From Octopus vulgaris (taxonomy: Eukaryota), in assembly GCA_951406725.2 (NCBI GenBank), contig OX597822.1, forward strand, positions 78,926,001 to 78,990,000: DNA of 64,000 nucleotides. Direction: 5' to 3'. Of the stretch, positions 13,343 through 30,648 are shown one piece after another (positions within the stretch are counted from its first letter, which is position 1; each line of letters opens with the position of its first letter). The position numbers and the translations under genes were made by a program. A model generated the notes under the pieces. The model saw only the letters and a program-made list of their open reading frames with translations. It searched no databases and was not told the origin of the DNA.

Positions 13343-15697
13343 TTCCAGTCATTTAATTGGCCATCCTACATCTAGGAGATTAGCTGGACATTTAGGTTAC
13401 ACTAACGAACACATCTTTGTTCTGTTGTTTTAATTATGAACTGTTGAAAAGTATGGTGGCACCAACATACATACATACACACACATCCCTAAATATATAT
13501 AAATTATAAAAAAAATTTAAAGAAAAAATATATTAATACAATATAAGGGTTATTAAACTGAGAGCTCCCTTCAGGTTAAACAATATTAAATTGTTTGTAA
13601 GATTGGGGAAAAGAGAGTTACAGACAATTTCAGGGTTTTAAGTTCATATTTCAAATACAATTTAAAAAAAAAAATCCTGAACAATAAGACAAACAATTGA
13701 AGAAAGCTCCAGTTTTTTTTTTTTTTCCAATAATTTTAAAAACTTTTTTTTCTTTACTTGTTTTAAATGAAGTGATGATAAAATTAAAATCTGATGAATT
13801 AAGTTGTAAGATTAAGAAAAACAAAAAAACAAATCAATGAGATAAGAATGAATTACATAATTCTCATAGGCTGATAAACAGAAATCAGTTGGATAAGAGA
13901 TTCTCACAACACTTAGAGACAACATTTAACAGAGTCATTGGGTTGGTGTGAATACGTATGTATATATACATATACACACACACATTTAGAGGAAAGGAGA
14001 AGTATGTCATGGTTGATCATTGAAGAGGAAAAAGAATGGCTTTCTTCATATAAATAAACTTGGTCATTTATATAGCTTCAGATTTGCGCCAAACCCTTGC
14101 AAAATAAGCAGGCACAAATGCTACAGAAAAGAAAATTTCTATGTAGTGTTGTTGTGTTAATTGGACACAGTATTGAATGAGAAAAGTTTGGTTTGCTTCT
14201 AAACACTGCCTCGGTCTTTTACCTCCAAAAAAGGAAATAAAACATGTCTGAGACAAGTTCTTAGCACAACTTTTTGAGAACAAGTACAATTGTCCTCTTC
14301 TTTTACTGGACTTGAAATCTCATACAAAATCTTTTGCATTTCTTGTCAACTTTCTTGTCTTCAGCCAAATGTCCCTCAGATTACACCCTACCATCTTAAA
14401 AAGATATTGTACTTCTAGATTGGTAGATCACCTTTAATCACAAGTCTACTTGATCTGGACTGAAATAGTGATTAAAAAACAAAAGAATAACATAACTTCT
14501 ACATGGGTGAGGACTAATCTTTCAGCTTCAGTTGCTGCCTAAGAAATAGTTGTCTTTATTTCATCTCACACTACAATATGTCACTGTTTCAATTTATATT
14601 TTCTAACCTAACTTTCTAACTCAAAGCAGGATGTGAACACTTTTTGTTTTTAACGTTTTAAATCTTAATTTCTGCTCTCAGGCATTTAATTGTAGAAGCA
14701 GAAGTGTGGCGGGGATATGAAATAAATGTGCCTTGGTACCATGAATATTGTGTGGACATGTGTGCAGGAGTTCTCTCAACTGTGCTTTAATTTCTTGATG
14801 GGACCAAAGGCTATAACCTGTGAAAACAACAGGCCAAGGAGAAGTCAAGCACACAGCTCAATGCTACTTTACCCACTCAACTGATGATAGAACATACTCT
14901 CTCCTTCTATATATAAATATATACAGAGACGAAAGAGAGAGAGATGACATTAATATCTTACAGAGCAGGGGCTGCAAGTCTTCTGCTTGTTGCAGCAATG
15001 AAATGTTGACTAGTGCTGCACTGGCAAAACAACATCAGTAACCTAAGTGATTAAGCTACCGAGGCAATGGGAAGAAAGCTAGAGACTGCAATGGTGCTAT
15101 ATTTATCTACCATAATATTTTCATGAGGAAACAAATTCCTTAATTCACCACAAAAGTCATACAGATCAAATATGATCTTTCTGTCTTCAGAAGGAGCAGG
15201 GTTAGTCGTGAGGTCTTAAACACAGTAACCTTGTATTTGATGTTAGACACTGGTCACTAGTGTTGTGCATGTAGGTAAAACAGCTCTCAGCACCCCACCT
15301 AAGTCCATTTAGCTGTAAATAGGAACCATACTGTCGGAACAACTCGCTTCAGTAAGTACACTAAAATTGTGTTTTGTTAGGTTTTTGGTACTGAATTGAA
15401 CAATAATTCCTGTGGAGAGTCAAACAAGATGAAGGATGGAACTGCACCATGCAAACTTGCCATCAACATCTTCAGTGATTCCTAATGACTTAAATCTAAA
15501 ACTAAAGCCAGAACAACTGTGAATGAATAGATGTATAAAGAGACTATCTTGGAAATGGAAAGCTCAGAGATGTAGTCAGGTTTCCATGATGATGATGTGA
15601 TCAACAGCAATACAATTACAACCAGCAGTAGAGACCAAAACAAGACATTTGTACAGCTATATATATATATATATATAGTCCACATGGGTAGAAATAC

Positions 15698-16236
15698 AGG
15701 AAAAATAAAAGTTGCAAATGCTCTGAGAATAGTTAAAATATTTCTATTATTAATATATTTAAAGATTTAACCAGTTTCAGTTTACACTGATTTTCAAAAA
15801 CTTGAAATAGAAAGACATGGCTTATATTGCAGCTGTCTTGCTTCTGAATAGTGTCTGAAGCTTGCCCCTATTTTTATAGGGAGTTCATGGTTCAAATTAG
15901 TATGTTTTGGATAGGATTTAATTGGTAGAAGATAGTCATGTGGTTGGTCTTAGAAATTTTTGTAGGTTCCTCCATTACAAACATTTCTAAGACCAGACTA
16001 TCCTCAACCAATCAAAATCCTAATCAAAATATAGTAATTTGAGCCATGGACTCCCTATAATAATAGGGGCAAGCTCCAAACACTATTCAGAAGCAAGACA
16101 GCTGCAATATAAACCACGTCTTTCTATTTCAACTTTTTGAAAATCAGTGTAAACTGAAACTGGTTAAATCTTTAAATATATTAATAATAAAAATATTTTA
16201 ACTATTCTCAGAGCATTTGCAACTTCTATTTTTCCT
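15698..16236. repeat. Long foldback inverted repeat (arms ~265 bp, 11 nt loop), possibly an inverted Penelope-like terminal repeat
   Basis: 15698-15964 is the reverse complement of 15976-16236 at roughly 90% identity by eye; flanked by (TA)n on both sides. Confidence 0.93.
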
Positions 16237-19563
<3,327 letters not shown>

Positions 19564-19946
19564 GATGGGTTCATTGAGACAAAAGAGTTGAGATTTCATT
19601 GCGCACACACACACATTTAGTCAAATATATACAAAGTAATAATCATAATAGCATGAATGAATGGGTTTAAAAAAATATAACTGCATGCAAGAAGGCTTCA
19701 CAATTAATGAAAAAATAAGTATAAAATATAAATAACATTTAGTAAAAGTCGCAAGACCTTTTTTTTTTTTTTATAGGTTGAAACAGTTGTTGCAAGGAAA
19801 AACATTCTGGTTACCTCAATGGGGAGAAATGAATTTAAATTAGTAATAAAAAAAAAATTTCCCGACAGAAGCCTTAAGCATGATTCAGGTTTGAAATAGT
19901 TACATAGATATGTTTGTGTGTGCATCTATTTAATTATATATATATA

Positions 19947-19980
<34 letters not shown>

Positions 19981-22900
19981 AATGATGGGTGAGTGTAAAT
20001 TTGTGTGTTTATGCATACAATAAATGTGTTTAAAAGTGTATGTATGTCTGAATTTACACTTACAAAAGTGAGTGAGCATGTGTGTCATACATACAATAAG
20101 AAATAGTTGAGTGTGTGTGTACGTATATACGTATGTATATATACTTGCATATCTATGTTTGTAATATTGCACAACCACACATATGCATACAAAGATTTGT
20201 CACATTAATCTGAAGTATGACAATAGCTTCAAGATAAGTTTAACTTTTGTTGCATTAAATACTACAGCTGGTAACTTCACTTACCAAAAGATATACCTGA
20301 TGTCCAGTGTAAGTGAAATCTTGTTTGTTTTTTCTTTTACATAATCTCATTGAAGAGAAGAATTAAAGCAACATAAGAGTTTACCACAATTTCAGGGAAA
20401 TTTATAAAACCTGCACAGGCACAGATTATGCCCATGCTGCTACAGTGCATAGGGAAATAAATTTTCTTTTTTGATATTTAGTTGTTTATTTTAGGGACAC
20501 CATTAGTTGTGTTACTGAATTTATAGATGAGAAAGACAAAATCAATACATAATACATGTAGATTTTCTTATTTCGTTGCTGTGAATAACAAACGAAAGTC
20601 AACTACATGTATTAAGTTGTAAAACTCTATACACACACACACACGCACAAGATTTCTATTTGCATATATTCACGTAGAGTTTTCTGATGATTACTGATTT
20701 CCTTCGATAAGGCATAAAATCAATATTTGTTGGAGAGGGTGCAATTGACTACAGTATATCACTGGTACATAGACCCTTTCAAAGTAAAAAAAAAAAAAAC
20801 AGTAAGCAGTCAGCTCTGGAGACATTTCATTCAACAAACTCTTGCTGAGGGTTGATTAAATGAAAACTAATAAAGTTATTTATATATCCGATTATACCTT
20901 TTCATAAAAAAAGGGGGGGGGGGGGCAAGGAAAATAAATAAAACGTGGTGATTGGTAGGATTTGGGGGGGGGGATAAAGAGGAATAACTTTGATAAATAA
21001 ATATTTTAAAGGGGAATAACTCTTTTTTTTTTTTTTTAGCTGAGGTTTTGCACGTCCTTAGAATCTGTTTTTGGCAGGGGTAAAGGGGGAACTAAATGAC
21101 TTACAAGATGCATTAAAATGTTTGTTTTATTAATGGTTGCAGAATAACGTGGATAATTTACGTATTTGTCATATAATGGTTTGAGTCAAACTTTAGTTCA
21201 ACTCACCTTTTTATGTTAATCATTTATAAATCTCAAATTTCAATTCTGAATGAGAAAGAGAAAGAAGCATCAAAAAGATGCTTTTTTTTTCCCCAGTTTT
21301 AGTTAGAGAAAAAAATTCCTATTGTTTATTAAAAAAAAACAGTCAACTCATCAAATAAAATGAAGTTGATAGTAATAAATTGCTTTTAATGGTGGAACTT
21401 GAAGCAGATAAAGCTATAAATGTGTGTAGCATATTAGGTTAAAAAAAAAAAACCCTCAAAACCTTGGATAGAAAAATATTTAAAACTTTTTCCATCAGGA
21501 CTTGGACCCACGTCGTCTCATAAACATGACAGACGTCCTTTTGAGAAATTTTCATCTTTTCCATTGAACGGATATATTTTTAACCTAATATTTACATTCT
21601 TATTTATAGTTTTACCTCCTTTGAGCTTTGCCATTAAAAACTGTTTCATGTCCCTCAAAGCTAATAGTAATTAATTGATCACCACTTAGATACAACTTAT
21701 TATTTAGGTTTACTATTGAAGATGAATTTGTAAATAAGGATTTTTTAATGGTTGGCACAAAACCATAAATTAGTGGTGACAGGGAAGAGGATAATTGACT
21801 GAATTGGTGCAAGTAATCCAATCTATTGGCTGTGAAAGTTTGAAAGGTCAAGTGGACCCTAATAGAATGTGAACTTAGAGGGACATGACTAAATATTGAT
21901 TTCTAAACATAAGTATATATAATCATGAATTTTAGTGGATCATATAGTTGATTTATATCGGCCTCGTACTTGAATGGTACTTTATTTTATCAAATGAAAG
22001 ATTAAGTTATCTTTGGTGAGATTTGAATACTGCCAGGTATCTAGATGGGAATAGTTGGGGGGGGGGTCTTCTCGGCTCACATGAGAGGGAAACATGAAAC
22101 AGTAGAGAGTGGGTAAGAATAGAATGAAAAATTGCCTGAGGTCAAGGAAGTAGTAGAATAGGAAATTAACAGACATAGATCCTAGAAATCTGTCTTTTTT
22201 GGTTAAAAAAAAAAAAAATATTGAAGTATTGGATATGCGTGTGAAGTAACTATGCAATGATTGTGCATGTATGCTTATATCTGAACTTGAACAAGAAAAG
22301 CATCAAATGTGAATAATTTAGCTTAGCATAAAAATAGCAGAGTATTTGAGAGACATTTTATTAGGGTTGAAAGGTAGAAAAGAGAAAAGAAAACATTTTC
22401 ACACAAACTAAAACAGACATCACAATCATTAAAGTTTTAAAAGGATGGCAAGAATATAAATAAAAATAAGATGTTAATTAAATATAAAAAATTAATTATA
22501 CCCTTCATCCACCACCATAAAATTCCCAACTAATTTTGTGAGGGAGAGGGGAAGAGAAAAATTAAATAATGCATTAAATTGTTATTATTTGAACTATCTG
22601 GCTCTTAGCATTCTCCATTCTTTAATCCCATTATCTCTTGCATGGATTAAGAGATAGGTAGAGAGGATGCAAAAATGGGGCATGTACCTGAAGCTGTTGA
22701 TGTGTGCTTATTCTTAAACTTGGTATATCTCAACCATTTTTACATTCTGCCACCTAGCCAACCCACATAAAAACTTATTGCACAAAAAGTGTGTGTATGT
22801 ATGTATATTTTCCTGGGATGTGTATGATATATCTAACCATAAGGATTTCTTATAAAGGTTCATGACCTGAAAACTGTGAAGGAGAAGGATACAGTTGACT

Positions 22901-25900
22901 AATCACCCAGTAAAAGGGTGAAAGGCAAAGTCAAACATAGCAAGGTTTGAATGCAAGATATAACTTAAATACTGTAAGGCATTTATATTTAATGAGGTAT
23001 TTTAACATTTCTGCTTATCCACTGCCATAAAATTGTAATTGCTCATTTATTAATTAGGCCAAACTGGTATTTGTTCAGATGATTCATAATGGCCTTATTA
23101 TTCCCACACGGCAGTGTGAATGATATTCTTAGGGTCAACTTTTATTCACATGCAGCCAACCATTCAGTTTTAGTGTAATCTTAATTTGTTTTTTCTTTTG
23201 CACTATGATGGGCCAGTGGTAAGCTACATTTTGACATAAAACAATCGGAATTTGGTTCTGTAGAAAAAAAGTTATGATAAAAAATGTAGAATCAAAAATG
23301 GGAGAGTAACACCTAATATTTACTTTGACTCATAATTTCTCAGTTACTTAAAAGAAAAACTATATTTTAATTATATTCTTTTAAAAGATCTTGATGAGTA
23401 GAATCTTCTGATGAAGACCTCATTAAAAGATATTAAATAGAAAAAAGATGACTGAATATCTCAGATATGTGGAAAGTAAACTATACCTTAATTATACCCT
23501 TTTAAAAGATCTCAATGAGTAGTATGGCTTGGTTTATTTGAATATTTTATTTAACTGGCAACCCATTCGGATTTTATTTTAGCTGCCATATTTCAAGCCC
23601 TTTTCTTTCATTTTAGGCTTACTTCTTGCCCTGTATTTTTCCAGGTTTATTAATTACTTAAGAGTATTGTTATCCCTTAATCACATTTTTCATTCTAGTC
23701 CACTTATTTTTACAGGCAATGCAGAAAAATTAAATTTTATTCTAATAGTAAATTTAGCTTACTTTTTCATATTTCATTTTTTATTGATCAATAATTGTTG
23801 CCTATTCATCTTTGCTAGAAATTTTAAACTGAAAAGCACTTTCTTTACATTGAGTATTATGAAATCAGCCTATTTAGAATATATTTTAAAAAAAGAGAAT
23901 TATAATAATAAAATATATAAGAGCAATTAGGAATGAAATGAATTAGGAGGGAAGGTTGACTAAAAAACAATTATAGACTGGATTTTCTGTTTGCTTTGTA
24001 TTGACAAGTTTTCATTGAAACACCTTTGTAATTGCAAATAAGACAGATATTTACAAATGGCAATTATTGAAGGCTGCATAATTTTGTTTCTCTTTAATAT
24101 ATTTTTATGGGATCAGCAAGAAAAGATACATCCGGTGGACATCTTTCATTTGAACACAAAGTATAGTTCGCTTTTCAAATAGCTGAGATACTTTGAGTTA
24201 AAGTGAATCTGTTCATTCTAGTTGATATATTACTAATGGCAGTAGGATCATCACCCATCTACTAACAGATACATGTAATTATGTAGAATGTGAAAATTTG
24301 AATGATTTTCACCATTCTATGATTTCTTAAAATATGAATGCATCAATAGTAACAATATTATTGTTGTTTAATTCCAAGTTGGCTGTGATTAACCAGACAT
24401 AATATCAAAGGCCTTTATAACTTATGATCATCATGTCTTACTTTTATTGATAGTGTACTCATCACTACATATCCTTTTTTTTTTTAAAGTTGGTTCTTGG
24501 CTGCTGTTTTTAGCCTGTCAAATGACCTCGTAGAATCTCCTTTGTTGGGTAATAACAATATTGCTACAGATATTGGTCTATTCATATTAAATATTTCCAT
24601 CAACATCTCAAGGAGTTAAAAATTATACCTTAATAAACATAGGTTTATAAAAAAGCCAAAAGAGTTTTTAAATATTTGAAAAATAAAATTAATTTATATA
24701 TTATATATATATATATTGGAAGTGGGGCAACTATGTAAATGGGTGAAATGGTTATATTACACACACACACAAATTATAGTACTACTAGTTGTCTACCAGT
24801 CCATGACTTTGTTTCTTAGTGAAGAAGAAATATTTAACTACAGCAAATGTCACTGCCTTTTGTAGATGAGAGCTGACATCACCTTTTCAAATCCTAACGA
24901 TTGATCTCTATTGCAGTTCAAATAGTGCAGATAACCCTAATTTCATAAATATTTTCCCCTACTATACATTTGAGTATTTTTGTTTTATTTCTGACAAGAC
25001 TTACAGTCAACTGTGTGTGTGTGTGTTTGTGTGTACAGATAAATATGAAGAAGATAGTTGAGGTTTTCTATCTATAGAAGTAGGGATAGATGTTGGCTGT
25101 GGTATATGTTTAAGAATAGGTGTATGCATATAGTATCTAGGCATATGTATGCCTTTTACCATAGACGTGTGTGTGTATGTAGTCTTGGGTTGAGCCATAC
25201 CCTGTGTGAATAGAAATGGGCAGCAGGAAACTGAAGAATCTGTCAACTGGACTGTAACCGTAATTTGAAAGGTAGGGCCTTGTCACACACTAGCATGCTG
25301 ACTCTACCTGAGAATTACATTAAGGTTACGATGGTGTCTGTGGAATACTCAGCCACCAACACATTAATTCAGGAGGAGGTAATTCTGTTTGCCAAACAAC
25401 TGAATCCTCATCTTCAAACAGAGATCCACCCAGTGTGTGTGTGTGTGTGTCAAAGAATAGGCATGGAAATATACTCATGTATAGTAATATAATTCTAGAG
25501 GAAATCACACATACAAAGGAAACAAACTGTAATAAAGGAACTGTATAAGTGGGAGGTGTAATGGGAGACATAAATGGTGGTGGAGGTAATGAAAATGATG
25601 GTGATGATGATGAGATTACAATATATGAAAGAAAAGTATTGGGGTAGGTTTTGTCTTGTGTCTTTGGTAGGAAAAGTAAAAAAAAAAAAGAAGCAACAAA
25701 AGTTTCTTTTTTTAAACATAATGGGAAATACAAACGAAAAAAATAAACATAAAAATGAAATGTCATAATAATTAATGTCTCCAATTAGGGAACGACCAGC
25801 AATTTTGAGGGGTAGGGCGAGTTGATTTTTACTGGTCCAGAAAGGCTGGAAGGCAAAAGTTGACCTTGATGGGATTTGAAATGAGAATGTAAAGAGCTTT

Positions 25901-26450
25901 AGAAATACCACAAGGCATTTTGTCCAATACTCTAATAATTCTGCCAATCCACTGCCCTTACAACAACAACAACAACAACAATAATATCCAAGTGAAGTGG
26001 CCAATAGATAATTTGAGGTAAGAATTAGGCACTTCAGCAGTATTGTTTGGTGACTTATCAGGCAGGACATATACAAAACAGCAAGAATTATTCTCCACCC
26101 ACACAGGAGGGTGAAAAAAAAGAAATTAACATGCCAAAATAAAAAAAAGTATTTGAGTTGAAAAAAATGAAACATTAGAAAACAAAGAAAAAAAAGGGAA
26201 AGAAATAAAATTTAAATAGATGATAGGAGAGTGGAGAATGGTACAACTGTTGCCAGGGCAAATCTTCTGAACATGTCCAGATATTGTTGTAATCAAGATG
26301 TTTGATTATGTGTCTAGTGTCTATATGCATAGGATCACACAGGTATATGCTCGTAGACATAAAAATTATAAGCAAATGAGTACACACACTTTATAGGCAT
26401 TACATATGTACATGTATACATATTTGCATATAAGAATATATGCATGAGTT

Positions 26451-26501
<51 letters not shown>

Positions 26502-27004
26502 ACACATACATATATATACCCAGCCTTACACTTGGAACTTTCCTAGTGTAAATACTCAAATTCAGCTGATAAAGGCATTACTAGACATACACACATATAT
26601 ATGAATGCTTACTGTGTGTGCGTGTGTGTGAGAGAGAAATCAAAATACAGAGAACATCCTGTTTACTTAAACAAAGGTAATGGTCAGCTCAACAGTTGTA
26701 CAAAGTGGGTTATATGTTAACATTTCCGTACTTTCTTAGTAAGGATAATTGTACGTGATGGTTGGGTAGACCCAAGGATAGTGATGTTGAAGGTTACAGC
26801 AGTGAGCAACGGAGAAACTTTGCGATTGCATTTCATTAGCAAATTGAATGTATAAAGTGAAATTATTAAGAGATAGGCTAAGAAAGTGTTAACTTCGTCC
26901 CCACAGCCTTAAGAAAAATACTAAGTGTAACTTCATTTCCTGTCCCTTTAAACCCTTCTGTTAAAATTTAAGTTTTAGTATGAGATTAACTAGCTAATTA
27001 TTAA

Positions 27005-27258
27005 TTACTTGCATGTGGATAGGAATATTGAGTAGTTGTTGGAGCACTGCATCCTTCAAAACTTCCATGCTTTCTGAGATTCGCCAACACTACACCTGAT
27101 TTTCTCCCCTCCATACACACGCAAGCATGTATCTGACTCATACATTGTTCGCTTTCCAGACATTTGTACATTACTGCATATACTCTATACGCACTTTCTG
27201 ACAAGTTGTGGTGCACCTGAGCACTGTATACAATAATTTCATTATATTATATTATTAC
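27005..27258 (+). mobile_element. Probable LINE/SINE 3' end with (ATT)n tail
   Basis: GC-richer segment ending ...gagcactgtatacaataatttc(att)n. Confidence 0.5.
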
Positions 27259-27745
27259 TGCATTCATGTGAGAGTGTGTGTGTGTAAGAAAGAAAGGTAA
27301 AGGAGAGAATGTGGTTATGTGTGGATATTCAGCTGATGTGACCATTTGATGCTGAGAGTTTGCTATCTAAAAATGAATAGGTTTTTAAGGATCATAACGG
27401 TGCTTGAAGAAATGTAAATTGGAAATACATCTGATTATTCATGACCAACCACTGAAATGTAAAATAATGCCTGATAGGACAACGTATACGAAATAATCAG
27501 ATGTATATATCCGTTTACTGGTTTCAGTTATTCCTAGAGTAACATGAGTAAGTCTTTGGAATCGATTATATTAAAAGTTCTTTTGACATGAATGGAAGTA
27601 ATTCTGTTGGGATTAACTCCTATGCACACACAAATCTATACTCGATGAAGGTCAACAGGCCAAAAGTTACTGTCACTTCTCTGCTAGTAAAACTAATCAA
27701 GTTGTATGCTAGTTAGTATGATTTATATATATATAAAATAACCTA

Positions 27746-27803
<58 letters not shown>

Positions 27804-29799
27804 GAGAGAGAGTCAATTAATTGATTTATTTGATCATTAATGGTGAAACTCATAGGTATAGGGTTAACTGAGACTTTTATTCATTTAGCTATCCTGCTTG
27901 CTTACAAGCAATGTGCCTTAAAGAAGGATCTTCATTTTCGTGGTTTGGGTTTTGACTGCCCTTTTCATCATGTTAAGAGTCCACATGGTGGTCTCCTCTC
28001 TGTGTATAAATTTTTATACTCTATTATAGAGGAATATTTATGTCTTCTGACTTCTATTACATGTGAGGACCACTGGTAAAAATTATATTCTGTAATAATT
28101 TTTACTCTGTATTTATATATATATATATATATAATGTATGTGTGTATGTACATTGTGATTAATTGAAACAAAAGATGAAACTTGAGTCAATATCCAACAT
28201 ATTTATTTGTAATAAATATATTAAAATCTCCTATGTTGTAATTTGGTATTGAGTTCTTTATTTAAGCCCCCCACCTCCCAATGAAACCTACTTTAATTTA
28301 CTACTATATGTTACATATATAATATGCTAACACAATTTTTCATTTGTGATCTTGAAATATTTGGAGAGGGAAAGTTTCAGCTTTCTATTAAGGTTTGGGA
28401 AGGGAAACAGAAGTAGAGAAAAACTGAAGAACAAAGAGAGAAGGGTACCATCCTCATCATCATTTAATGTCCGTTGTCCATGCTGGCAAGCTGGAGGCTG
28501 CACCAGACCCCAGTCTAATTTGGTATGGTTTCTATGGCTGGATGCCCTTCCTAACGCCAACCACTCCGAGAGTGTAATGGGTGCTTTCATGTGCCATTTG
28601 TATAACGCCAGGGTGCGTTTACATATATACATATAGCTTTCAGTCAGATTCCAAATTCTTTTTGATGGAGATAGAGATATATGTTAACATCCCCGCTTTC
28701 TCTTTTTCTAAATTATACACCTATTTCTGGATATTTATACAGTGTAGCAATATAGGACAGATTTAAGACTAGGGCCAAAATCAAGGATCAGGATTTAAAA
28801 TTGTGTAAAAAAGAGTTTCTCTCTTGCTCAGTGTGTTGCTGTCTGTACTGTTATAACTTCAACAACTACTTCTTATATATTGATATATGTCAGGATAAAA
28901 CTGGGCACTGAATTACTGACAGTTCTCAATATCCTGATGGATGACAAGTGATTAAATTTAAATGGTAATCAAGATTTCAAAGTCATCCACCTCACACACA
29001 TAACTACATGTGAATAATTGTTTATATATGTATGTACATGAGCTGTGTGTACATGTTTATATATATGTGTGTGTATGTATGTACTATGCATTGTGTATGA
29101 GAGGGGGATAGAGAGAAAGAGAAACAGTTACATGACAACAGATATTAAAGAATACAAGAATTCTTTTTAAATGCAAATAAAACAAGAAAACACGAAATTA
29201 AAATGAAACAAAATTAAAAAATATATATATAATATACAAAATATGAAAAAAAAATTTTTTTAAAAAAAAAGGAATTTTACAAAATATAAAATAAATTTTT
29301 TTTTTGTTTTTTGATTTCAATTTGTGGTTCATTGCCGAATCATTTGATGGTGGCATGACAAAGAGATTTTACATCACAAAGATACTCTTTGGCTTGGCTT
29401 CTTTATCATAATCTTTTACTTTAGTATTTTGTCGGTATTTTTAAGCTCTTATCATTATTTTTATTTGGTTTATTGAATTAATTATTTATCCAAGTGATGA
29501 AAAAAAGCAAAAAAAAAAAAAGCTCACTTGAGATACTTTGCTAATAGATGTTAGTTGGCCAACCCCCAGCAATAGATTCAAGTAGACTAGGCTTGTCATT
29601 TGTTGTTGAGATTTTCCAGTTAAGGTATGTGTATATGTGCGTTCAGTGTATGTTCAACTGTTGATTGATTCAATTTTTCTAAGCTATGTGTGTGTGTGCC
29701 TTGGTTTTTATATCTCTGTTCAATATTATTGGTAATTTTATTTCTTGTGCCTATAAGTAACTCTTATATATTATTATTACCAAGTGTAAATATTATTGT

Positions 29800-30648
29800 T
29801 TAAGCTTTTTCCTCCATAGAGGGATACGGGCGTGCACTACCTGAGTCAGCAGCAACCATAGCTTCCCTACTGCGCTCCATAGCTTGCTGGTAGTTTGCCG
29901 TTGCCTGCAATGTCCGTTGCATTACGCCCAGGCTAACTGGTCGACGATTTCGGAAGCTGAGGGATGTGTTCAGCTTTGGTTTTACTTTGCTGTTTGGTGG
30001 TGTCAGTTTAGGGCTTTCACTGTTGAAGTTCTGTGAGATCTCTTCCAAACTGCGATCGATGCAGGGGCCGCAGCTGTCCTCACACTTCTTGCCTAAAGGC
30101 CGTGGGCTTGGTATGGATCCGCTCCCTACCGGTGACAAGCTGCCAGGTATGCTACATCCTGTGCAGATGGGGCTGCGTTCATAAGTGCTGGCTTCAATTC
30201 GTGGCAACCCATCAAGGATTTTCTGCAGTTGCTCTTCACCTGCTCCGCCACAGCTGCTGATACCTCCAATGCTAGTGTCATCCATAGGTTTCTGGTTCTG
30301 ATTGGCTGGAACCAGCCGTATCTGATTTGGACCTGTTCGTATGACAGAACTATAGCAAGGAGGTGATCCGGACTGAGAACGAGAGTGGGATCTCGACCGT
30401 GATCGAGGGCCGTCCTCAATACTAGAACGCTCCCCATCACGCTCGCTCTCGTAGCCGGAGCTTTTATCAAAGCCGCGGGAGTTGACGGTGCCACAGGTCG
30501 ATGAAAAGTCACCATCAGCGACCGGCACTGAGTGTGTGTAATGCAGAATGCTGTTTATTTTGGTGGGGCTCATTGGTAGGATGTCGCAGAGTTCCGATTC
30601 ATTGGAAACACTGTCCTTCAATAGGGAACAGTCACACTCACTGTCCAC
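29800..30648 (-). CDS. ADAM terminal coding exon, distal cytoplasmic tail
   Basis: ttgtttcag|VDSECDCSLL...RPYPSMEEKA then TAA. 849 nt GC-rich open frame, phase 0. Confidence 0.88.
   Translation of the reverse strand: MDSECDCSLLKDSVSNESELCDILPMSPTKINSILHYTHSVPVADGDFSSTCGTVNSRGFDKSSGYESERDGERSSIEDGPRSRSRSHSRSQSGSPPCYSSVIRTGPNQIRLVPANQNQKPMDDTSIGGISSCGGAGEEQLQKILDGLPRIEASTYERSPICTGCSIPGSLSPVGSGSIPSPRPLGKKCEDSCGPCIDRSLEEISQNFNSESPKLTPPNSKVKPKLNTSLSFRNRRPVSLGVMQRTLQATANYQQAMERSREAMVAADSGSARPYPSMEEKA

Noticed and set aside
23350-23525. Imperfect ~50 bp direct repeat (ttttaaaagatct..atgagtag)
   Set aside because: It looks like an internal repeat of an old DNA-transposon relic; no boundaries or function can be supported.
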